NCBI GenBank assembly: GCA_051294375.1
Contig: CM119266.1
Span: 7,085,431 to 7,149,430, forward strand
Direction: 5' to 3'
DNA: 64,000 nt
Source of the DNA: Paraspadella gotoi
Lineage: Eukaryota > Animalia > Chaetognatha
Shown here: positions 1 to 10,827 of the stretch, in pieces
How positions within the stretch are numbered: the first letter of the stretch is position 1
Layout of the letters: the number at the start of each line of letters is the position of its first letter
Position numbers and translations under genes: made by a program
Notes under the pieces: model-generated
Databases searched by the model: none
Told to the model about the DNA's origin: nothing
The model's input: the letters and a program-made list of their open reading frames with translations, nothing else

Positions 1-476
1 CACCACACGAACAGTGCCTTATCTCGTACTCGTAGCTTCGGTACAACAGAATTCTTCCAAATCTTTTTACTTTTTTCCTCAATTTTTTTTGTGGCTCGAG
101 TCTCGTCTGATCTTTACTCATGACGAATCCCCGGGAGGAGATGTCTTCGCCTTGAGGCTTTCGAGCCAAAAAACAAAAGGTGAGGCAACGGGACATTCCG
201 AGCGGAATGGGGCGGGGAAATCCGGTAATATTGCGACTTAAGAAGATGCGCCCACGCATTGAGAAATCAAGATTGAAAAGTGGGGGGAAATCCGGTTTAA
301 GAATTCGTCATCAACAAAAGTGGATTTTATTTTGGAAGGGGGGAACTGTTCCAATAAAGTTTTTGCCTCGTGTATCAGTGTTTTCGAAGAAGTAAAACAA
401 ATCTCGTGAAGGACCCAACTGTTAATACCAATATTATATTCGTCTTGATGTATGTGTCTTTGTTTTTACAGCATCG

Positions 477-3400
477 ATGGACAAACAAAGCCGACTACTG
501 CCCTTCACCGGGCTGCCTAAGCTTCGATCCGGGCGCCACGGCCCCGATTCCTTCGGCTGCGGACGAAATTCGAAGGTAAGTTTAAACAAGTTTTAAACAA
601 ATATTTTATGGACTCACAAGTCTCAACCTCTTCCTTACCTTTTATTTTGAGATCTCTTTTATATATACCGAGCATAAAAAAGTTTAATGATAACGAGGCT
701 TCATCGAAATTGAGGCCGTTCCATCATAAAACCTAGTTCGCACTCAATTAAACCCGCGGCCTTTTTTGTTTTATCCTTTTTGCGAATCGATCATTGAACC
801 CCAGCTGCGAGGTTTCGGCATTAAACCTAAGGCTAAGCCGCCGTCTCATCCTTCGTCCTTTCTTCTAAATCCGTGACCCTTAAAATCTTAATTCAATCTT
901 CTTTTTAATTTAAAAGCCTTTCTCAATTTTCTCAAGTTTTATTTCTTTGTAAAAGAAAAAAAAATCTTGTGAGAAAGAATTGAATTCGGTCTGGTGGGGG
1001 ATGTTTTTTTTTCTTTTCGTCAAGGAAAATGTTTTGAAGGGAAACGCCCTTTCGTTCCTCTCGATTGAGATGGACGCCGAATCGTTAAATTCAATTTCCG
1101 CTTTGTCCGGGGAGAAAAGTTTGAGCCGCTGTCGTTAATTAACGATCGTTTGAAAACTTAACGCGAAATTGAATTATTAGAGATTCGCTTTTTGTATCTC
1201 TTGTCCTCAATTGTCAGATGTTAAGTTGTCTTTTGTATGTCTTGTCCTCAATGGTCAGATGTTAAGTTGTCTTTTGTATGTCTTGTCCTCAATGGTCAGA
1301 TGTTGAGTTGTCTTTTGTATCTCTTGTCCTCAATTGTCTTCGTTTCTTCCTCAGCCTTGGAATCGCACGCCGTCCGTGGGAGTGGCTCCATTCGTCGGAC
1401 CACGTCTTCCATTTCCGTCGCAAGGATCGACGCCTAACGACGCGGGGGCGGCGTTTCGTGCCGCGACGCCGCTCGCTTCCGACGCAGCGTTTCGGGCTCC
1501 GCCGCCGACCGACGGCGCCGCTTTTCGCCGCTCTTTTTTTCCGTCGTCGCCCGGCGTCAAGTCGCCGCTGAACAAGTCTCTGTCGACGCCTATGAACAAC
1601 AACTACCACAACCAAAACAAAAACAACGGCCAACACTTTAAAAACAACAGCAACAACAACAACAAAGTATACAACAGCAAATTCGACCAAAATTCACCTC
1701 CCGTCCGTTCGTCCGGCGACGACGACGCCTCCTCTGGGTCGTCGCCCGATGACGCCTCCCACGCTGCCGTGGCGCAGATTGAAGAACTCGTCTCCTCCTT
1801 GGCGCGGTACTTCGACGCCGTCAAGCTTTGCTACGCCAACACAGTCTCCGTAGCTCAGTCCTTCTCCGCCCTCATGCACCGCGACGCCAACGCCGCCAAT
1901 GCCGACGCCGCCGGCCGATTTCTCGTCGCCGCCCGCGAAACCGGCGCCCGCGTCATCAATGACGCCCAGAGGCGCAAAGAGGCGTCGGCGGCGGAATTGG
2001 CGGCGCTGGTTGAAGCTATGACCAACGCGTCGACGACGGGAGAAGAAAAGGACGCCGAGGCGAGAGGAGATTTGAGAAGAAAGGCGAGTCGTCGTAAAAT
2101 AATATTAATTTTAAGTATCGGAAATTTTTTTGAAAAAGTTGGTGTTCATTTCTCTTATGACTTTAATTAAACATTAGAATTAATAATTAAAATTTAAATA
2201 TTTATATGGGGTAAACCACAATAACATTCATTCATTGATTGAAAGCTTGCAGAGTCCGGCTATGTTAGTATTTGTAAGGGGGATGCAGACTTTAACCCTC
2301 CATAGTCTGTCCAAAGACAGGCAAGATTGCTTATTTTTTAAATGAATGGATAATTGTTATATTGGTTGTATCAATTTTATTAATTAATCAATAATCATCA
2401 ATCGTATATTCAAACTACAGGTAATCTGTCAATCCTTCTGCTCCCTCATGCACTTCCACAACAAACTGGCGAATCTCTCCAATCCCGCGGATTTCGGGAA
2501 GCAGCGTCCCGTCGCCCAGACGTCCTACGCTCGAAGCGACGATCCTCTGGGCGACTCTTTGGCCGAAAATCTCGCCGACATCCGTGAGTCGAGATTTTTC
2601 CACCATCTTTTTAAAAATCCTTGGAAATCGGGTCAATTTTCTATTTTTGTAACTAATATCCAGGTTTCCCTTCGACCTCGGTGGCCGGTCCACCCTCATT
2701 TCTCAAAAATCAGCGTCAGCCCTCGTCTGCTAAAGGATTTCAATCTCGGTGAGCTAAGAAAAAGTTGGAGCCGCAGGCCTTTTTTTCGTTTTTTACTTTT
2801 GTAGTCGGGCGACTTGACCCTCTCTTCTGTAGTATTATTAAATACTTTTAGCTTTTGTTTTGTATGAACGCGTTATATCCGGTTTTTCAATAAATTGGCC
2901 AGATAAAAATTTAATTGATTAAAAATCCAATGTTTGCTTTTTGAAAAATACTTCCGTTTCCATCTCTAGTAACGACGACGAACTCGATCTGGTTCTGGAC
3001 ATTTTGTCAGCTGGACTGACTCGTTCCGCTCCAGCGCCCAACGCTCCATCCGCTCTCGTACCCCCCGCTCCTTCATTCATCCCGTCATCATCCGCTCCAG
3101 GGCCGGCCCCAGCGCCACCATCAACCCGCGTTCTCGACTCCGTCTCCCGCCTTTCCTCCTCCTCTTTCTGGTTATCCTCCCTTCCTTCCCCACAACTCTA
3201 CCCTACTTCCTCTTTGTCTTCCTCTCGTTTCCACACTCTTCCTCCTCTCGCTCCTCCTCCTCCTCCTTCCTTTCCCCATCCACCTCCTCCTTCCTCTCAT
3301 TCCTCGCTGCCTCGAAACTTTATGCCACAATCCAATCGAAGGGACTCCTCATCCCTCGGCGTCGCCGGCTTCGGAAACGACGCCGCCGATCGTCGCCCCG

Positions 3401-4568
3401 ACAATCCCGTAAACGTCGCCTTTCCTCCTCCGCCCCAGCCTTTGTTTCCCGGCATTTCGCGGCCGACGTCTGTCCTGCTGTCGGGCGCGGCGACGGCTAC
3501 GTCGGCCATTCCATCTCGCGGCGCCAACCCCGCTCCTCCGCGGTTCGAAAGCGGCCCCGCGGCGTCGTCCCGCGGTGGCCGAGGCGGCACTTGGCCCAAT
3601 TCAACCTCCTCTCGGTTCGAGGCGGATTTCGGGCGATCGACGGCCGACGTCGTCGGCGACGTCCTCTTGGATCAAGAGACTTTCGACAATCCCTCCACGG
3701 AGAAGGAGTACTTAAATTATATCGCTTCCGTTCAACAATACCTGGCCAATCATCAAAACAACAACAACAACAATCAAAATCCGACCGACGCCGCTTCGGT
3801 GGCGGCCAACGGCGGCAACGACGCCGAGAGTCTATTTCCGGCAGAATCCCGAAAAGGGAACGAGTATTTGGACTTTGCGCGAATACACTACGATGGTGAG
3901 TTGAATTTTTAGTCTGCTTGCCAGGGAGAAGTAGATTGGATTAGAAAATTGACGGAGACTTCGTCCTCCCCTTTTTTGTCAGGATCTTCGTCCCTCCTAT
4001 CGCCGTCATCGTCGTCCATCTGGACCCGGCGCCCCGACGATATCGACGCCGCTTCCGCCGCAATCGCCGCCAGATCTCGCGACGCCGACGACGCCCGCGC
4101 GAGGTCCAACAGCCTTGACGCCGCGGCGCTCATCGGCGATGCCTTTCAGGACGGTACCGCGCCGATCTCCGTCGACAAGGCGATCGAAGCAAGGAGAATC
4201 TCCGAGATTTCGCCCACTATGGGGTGAGTTAAAGATTAAGTTAACAGCTAAATGTTAGGTTGCGGTATATATGTACATATCTTTGTAATATTATCCTCGT
4301 TTAGTAATGTTTAATTTTACTTAACTGCCTCTGTCTTAACTTTTTCCTTAGAACGCTCAACGGTTTCCACGGGTCGTGCCTCTCGCCCTCGTCTCTGGAA
4401 AAGACGAAGACTTGGCCGCCGCCGCGCGCCCCGTGGGCCGTCGCTCCTCCGGTCTTCGAGGATCCAACCTCTCTGGATTTCTCCTCCGATTTCGCTCATT
4501 TGGGACGAAAGAATGAAAATGGTTTCGCAGAGTCAAACATCTGGGCGACTAACCCGGTCCAATTTTAA
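477..4568 (+). CDS. GARRE1/KIAA0355-like protein (multi-exon)
   Basis: Exons include 477-575, 1355-2083, 2421-, ~2970-3895, ~3982-4223 and 4352-4568. Helical BAR-like segment (IEELVSSLARYFDAVK...VICQSFCSLMHF), low-complexity middle and C-terminal KTKTWPPPRAPW, recalled as similar to GARRE1. Confidence 0.55.
1196..1337. repeat. 41-bp intronic tandem repeat, ~3.4 copies
   Basis: Unit TATNTCTTGTCCTCAATNGTCAGATGTTRAGTTGTCTTTTG repeated. Confidence 0.9.
2236..2328. repeat. Dispersed repeat core, inverted homolog of 53980-54072
   Basis: Reverse complement CCTGTCTTTGGACAGACT...CATAGCCGGACTCTGCAAGCTTTCAATCA aligns with CCTGACTTTGGACAGGCT...CATAGCAGGTCCCTGCATGCTTTCAATCA. Confidence 0.75.
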
Positions 4569-7079
4569 ACTTCTCTCTTTTTTTTATTCTTTTTGCTCCG
4601 AGCCAAAAATATAAAAAACAAACTTACAAATTGAAGCGAAGAATTAAGTTCTTTTTTTCTCTTTTTTCTTATTTCTTTGTGTCGTTGGGTTTATCCAGAT
4701 TTTTTTTTGGTTGGTCGAGCTTTGAGAGAGTAACCCTTTATCCCAAATTTTGATTTAAATTTGTTCATACCGACCATGATGTCCTTTTTTTTTCTTTTTG
4801 CAATGCGATACAATGCGATATTATCTATTTTTCCCAATGTGTTATTTTACTTTTTTATATGCGCTTTTTCGAGTCGCCCACCTTTTCTAAACCTGCTAGA
4901 TTTTAATATTAAATTAAATTAAATTAAATTAAAATGAATTAAATTTTTATATATGAAATTGGTACAACCACATTATAAATTATATTATTAAGAGTTTAAT
5001 TTTCTAAGGCCTAGTATTTGGCCCATTGGCCTTATATTTAAAGAAATTACTAATTTATTTCTAATTTTTGATAATTTAGTTTATATATTAATATCAAATA
5101 TTTATGGATTTTTATTCGACCTATATTTCCGGAAGACTCTGAAAAAGCTGGATTCAAATTCGATTCCGCCTCTTTTAGTTTGAAAAGCTGAAAAAGTCTT
5201 TCGCTCTTCTCATATATAATCGCCAAAGGTTTTTAATAGCCGGGAGCTTTGATATAAATTGGGGGTCGCTTCATTGCTTCTTATATCATTTATCGCCGTC
5301 GCATCCAATCCTTTAATCCCGGATATCGTTTCAGTCCATGACCTCGCTTTGCTCAATTCCCCTGCAAGTGTATTGTCATATTTCTTTGTCATTTTTTCTT
5401 AAAGAGCATCGTTCAGAATACTCGGGTTAGGCAACTGGGTGACGAGCAGGGGCCATTTTTTTTTACCAGACCTTATTTTTATTGTTTTAAGTTGGTCTGG
5501 CCTAAATCTTGTTCTGACTTCTAAATTTTTTTTTTCGTGATCGTTCTGGAAAATTTTTGAATCCAGACTGAAGGGAAAATTTTTTTTTCCCATGATAATC
5601 TTTAGCTGACATCTTAACTGAAGCCAAGGCGTTAGGAAATGAACAAATAGAGTAAAGGTTTGATATCCACGCCTGGTGCGTGGGTTTGCTTTTCTCCAGA
5701 AACGAAAGCGTCGTCATTTTGATTTTTGAAAAAAATTATAATACTAAAAAAGCGCACGATATTGAAAGCTTTTGAAAGCTTTAATAATATTTTAAGAATA
5801 ATCAATATCCCTACCAATTTTCTTTCGCTTATTTAAAAATTATTAAAAAACCTTTGTTCTACTGACTTTGATCTGTCATTTAATTCACTAATTAGTTAAA
5901 ATTCTTGCGCTTTTTATTGTGGTATCGGATTTCTGGCAGGAATGTCATAGGCTTAATGCAATATGCATGTCGTGTATGTTATAGATTTGATTTTTGGGAG
6001 AATATGATTTTCATGCCAGATAATTTACGGCAATTTTCATGTGTCACTAACAAACATCGTAATATTTTTTGTGCATCAAAAAAACCGATATGGTTTTGAT
6101 TTTTTTTCATTCTTATAATTTTGTCTCAAGTTTTGTCGTTACTGTTGTGCCTTCCCGTCGATTGTTAACAGTATACTATATATGATATATTATTATTATT
6201 ATTATTAGTATTTTATATCTTTGGATAATATTCTCATTTTCTTTCCACAAACGTTTGTACTGTTTTCAAGTTCAAGTCTCGTTTTTTACTCATTAAATTC
6301 TTAAAGAAGTTTCACTTTAATTTGATTTCATTTTAATTATTCGTTTCTCTTCGATAATTTAGATAATATTTATAACAGCTAATTAGTAACAATTATACTC
6401 ATTGGAGAAGCTACGAGGTGTATTTGAATCGTTGGTTGCTATGGATCCCAAATTCAAACGCGTGAGCATTCATTAGCGTGAATGAAAATAATTTTTTTTG
6501 CAATTTTTTTTGGTAGCGTTTATCATCAGTTTTAAAAATATATGTTGTATTAAATTCTACCGCCTTTCGCCTTGCGCTTTTGTTGATTCCCAGCGATTCG
6601 ATTTGGCCTCGACCCATTGCCTCCTAGCGGGCGATCGGTGACGTCTCCAACCGGTGACGTCTGACAAGCAGAGAACGCCGCCTCCGATTCCCGACGCCGC
6701 CTTAAGAACGACACGGCTTCGTAGAAAACTGAAGACTGAGAAAGCGGAATTTATTTTTTTTGACAGCGAAATCAATTGGCCGCCGCAAATCGGCGCCTGC
6801 TTCGGACAGAGAGACACGTTCTTTTGTTATTTCTTTATTTCCAAAAAAACGTGAGAGGGTGAGTCCTTTTAAATTTTCCCGCCGCAGCCTCGAATCCCTC
6901 TATTCTTCATCCCGCTCTCTTCTTCCTCTTCCTCATTATTCTTTTCTCTCTCCTTCAAAGAGGAAGAGGAGGAAGAAGAAGAAGAGAGCGACAGAAGATC
7001 CAAAAATCATCGCCAACAAAATGGCTGCTCGATATTCATCCGTTACAATGAAATGACAAAAAAAAGCTTCTTCGCCACG

Positions 7080-10000
7080 ATGGACGGAAACGTTGAGGTG
7101 AGTTTGTGGGTCGGGGTGGTGGCGGAGGGGCGGGAAGGATGGGTGGGTTTCCGGCCAGGGAGAGGCCTGGCTTTTTCATGTCCCACGTCCCGCGCAAAGG
7201 GGCGGAGGAGATGTTACGAGACGATGGCCGATTTGACCTTAGCCACGCGCCAACTTAATCGAGGGTCAGCGATTAGATTTTCTGGGTAATGATGCTTAAC
7301 TTGGTCGGTGATGATTGTTTAAGTTCGGTTGTTAACTATCTATATGGTAACAATCCTAAAACCGCCGCTAGAAAAACGCTGCCATTTGCAAACCTGTAAA
7401 TATTTTTTCAATGTTAATTACTAATTTAAAAATAAAAACCAAAACTATTTATATGTGCAAATTATGGATGAAAAGATTGAGCGATTGAACATTTTTTTGT
7501 TGCTGCCTATAGACATGTAATTAATGAATTTTAAATCCTTTTAAAAATCTTTTTAGCATAACAGTATAGTAAATACAATTATTTCTGTAGCAATATCCTT
7601 ATAAATCGTTAAATTTCAAAATATTTTTTTTAGATTTGGATTCGACGTAAAAAACTAAAAAAACTTTTATAAAATAAGTTATATAATATTTTAATTTTTA
7701 GATCACAAAAAATGACTAAAACGTTTTAATATATATAAGTTTTGGGTAACTTTATTATTCGACGTCCGTAACCAACTTTATGTACCAGCGGTCGGTGCTT
7801 TGTTAATCCATTTAATTTTGTTTTCCCTCGAGTGTCGAGTCTTGGTTTGCTCAATAATATCTAATTTTTTTAATAAATAATAATAGTTTTAAATTTATTT
7901 TAATATTTTTATGTTGAGGTAGAAAATGAATTGTTTGATGTACAATGAGTTTTATTAAGAAACATAAAATTCGGACTTGAATATAAGCCTTTATCAGCGC
8001 AAAAAGAATTGATTTTTGAAACAAATATTTTTACAGACTCTTCAAATATTGTGAAAATATTTGTTTCACAAATCAATTCGTTTTTGCGCTTTTGAAGGCT
8101 TACATTGAAGCCGGAATATGTCCGAAATTTATATTTCTAAATAAAACTCGTTGTACACAAACAATTTATTTTTTACCTTAAACAAATAATCAAAATGAGG
8201 GTAAAATAAATAATATTTTGGTTATATTTTTTAAATTGTTAGCAATTGGGTTAGGGGTGGTTAGGGTTAGCCGAGGTTTCGAAATTAAATTTGTGATATA
8301 AAGATTTTCTGATTAGCGGGGTTTTCCGTCTCTTGCTCACCCTTCTGAGAGAATCAATATCGCAGGGTTTAACGAGTCTTTAAAGATCAAGAACTAGAAG
8401 AAAGCTATAGAGCAAGCATCGGTAAGCAATAGTAATACCAATGACCTCTCAGGTAAGCTCGGCTTAGCTACTCAATACAAACAATGTAAACCATATAATT
8501 GATCACTAGACCAATACGAAACCAATACTAAACCCCGACGATGGCTAATTAATATTAATGCGATTTGTAACGAATGAAATCATGATTAAACAAAGTAATG
8601 AAATAACGATGAACTGTATTGTTTGTTTATATTGTTTATATTTTTAAACACTTTTACAAAAGGTAAATAAGATCGACGGATTACGACGAGAGTTTGTCCA
8701 ACATTTCTACCCTTACCAATGTCCTTTTTTTTGCGTAATGAGATTTTTACGTCGCTCATAAGAAGCGCAAAATTCGGTCGGCAAATGTAAAAATAAGCCT
8801 AAGTTTCTACTACATAGAATAAAAAAAGTCATGAATTTTCACCTTTTTTCCCATTTTAAACGCTGAAGATGATAGAATTTTTGATTTGAAGAGACAGTAA
8901 TTATTGTTATGTATTAGTGACAGAACCGTTCAATATAAGCACTAAGCAGTCCCTGAGCTTCGGATCAGGCTGTAACACCATGTTACAGGCGGGTTAAGCG
9001 CCCCGTCCCTCTTAACTGCTAGAACCCCAGACCTTTGGGTTGGGAGGTGAATGACATGCCTCCGGCACCAATGGCCGCTGATGAACAGTTGGTGGATTTT
9101 AATCCACCATACATCCCCCCCCTCCCGTAGGGAGAAGTCTGTTGCGTCTCTTCAGTGAATTATTGTTGGTGGAAATTTCATCACCAAGTTGAGGCATATT
9201 GCCTGATGTGTTGTTGGCGGAAAGTGCATCGGCAGGTTGAGGCATGTCGCCTGAAAGTGTTTGTTGCTGTTGTGTTCGGAAGTCGGGCTCACCAATGAGA
9301 CAGTAATTATTGTTATGTATTAGTGACAGAACCGTTCAATATAAGCAGTACCCGAGCTTCGGATCAGGCTGTAACACTGTTACAGGTGAGTTAAGCGCCC
9401 CATCCCTCTTAACTGCTAGGCGGCCACCAGGCTAGAACCCCGGACCTTTGGGTTGGGAGGTGAATGACATGCCTCCGGCCGCTGATGAACGGTTGGTGGA
9501 TTTTAGTCCACCATAGATTCAACTTATTATGAAGAATCTGAATCTTTAATAAAAGTTTTAAAAACATTATTTTTAAAATTTACTATTTATAAAAATATTA
9601 CAACAAATATATTATGTTTTTCTATTCTGTTTCTGAGACAATATGAACAAAATCTCACATCTAAATATCCTTGTTCGATCTTTCAAATAAATTTTTTGTT
9701 CTTGAGTGCTCCACTCTATTATATATGCCTTAGCAGGAAGATAGATTTGAAAACCGTCTCTCATTTTTAAACTCTTTTTATATTAAATTTTTTTCTCCGA
9801 CTTTACTATAAAAAAAATTTTGAATAAAATGGTATCAATATTATTATCTTCTAAAACCTCTTGCAAATATCAAGAGAATGTTTTTATGAATACTATAATA
9901 TAAAGTTTAGCCTGCCTAACCTAAATTTAATTAGGATAATCAAAACCGAGACTTTGTCCCCCCAAAAAACTGCATAGTCAAGGCCAAAAACCAAATTAAT

Positions 10001-10796
10001 GTCAATATGGGCAGATTTCGAAAGCTTGGCGTCTTGGGAAGCCAATGGAGGTAGAGCGCGATCGAAAATTCCCATTTTATCATGCCCAAAAATGGTATTT
10101 AAATGGACTGGTCAGGCCGTTTTTTTTCCCTATTCTAAGAAAACTCCTGGCTTTGAGTAAAAAAGACCAAATCATACATATTAGTACAGTTTCCGAAACC
10201 TTATTGTCTTCTCTACATGATGAAAAAAAGCAAAATTAAAATTCTTTGCAATCTTAATTGCTTGATAAAGCAATCAAATGAACTGGTTTTTTAGGTGAAA
10301 ACTGCATAGTCAAGCCTTCATTTTTTTCAATTTGATCACAATTGACAGAAACTGTATTGATTTTACTATTCAAATCAGGTAGAGCGCGGGCTTAATTCAA
10401 AACGTTTTCTCAATATAATGCAAAATTTAAAAAAAGGTCCAATAAAAACTTATTAAAACAAAAATCGTCGCACAGTGTTGCTTGTGAGTTCAAAAGCTAG
10501 AAAATAAATTTTTAAATTTTTTATATTATTATTATAATAATAAAAAATATTTATAAATATAATTATAGTATTGAAAATAATTTTTTTTATTCAATCTGAG
10601 AAAGGTAGTACTATATATTAAAAGTATATATATATAAAAAATATATTTTACAATAAAATTAGTTAATTTTTTTAAACTGCAAGTTTTTTTTTATTATGGT
10701 ATGATTAAAAATATAAGATTAATAAATTTTAATTTAAATAAAATATAATAATCATATTAAATATAATAAATTTAAAAAAATTTTATTTTTTTATTT

Positions 10797-10827
<31 letters not shown>

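Larger units (their letters stand above)
8890..9517 (-). mobile_element. Miniature non-autonomous LTR element (TRIM/retrozyme-like, family A)
   Basis: Direct repeats 8890-9113 and 9296-9517; on the - strand the inner LTR ends are canonical (TGTATGG start, GTCTCA end). PBS TGGTGAGCCCGAC (9294-9282), PPT GGGAGGGGGGGGA (9126-9114). No ORF in the ~180-bp interior. Confidence 0.85.

Noticed and set aside
1196-1337. CRISPR-like array
   Set aside because: Contiguous tandem units without spacers, in a eukaryotic intron.
9075-9090. CTGATGA hammerhead core in family A LTRs
   Set aside because: No stem II-GAAA follows, and it is on the element's antisense strand.
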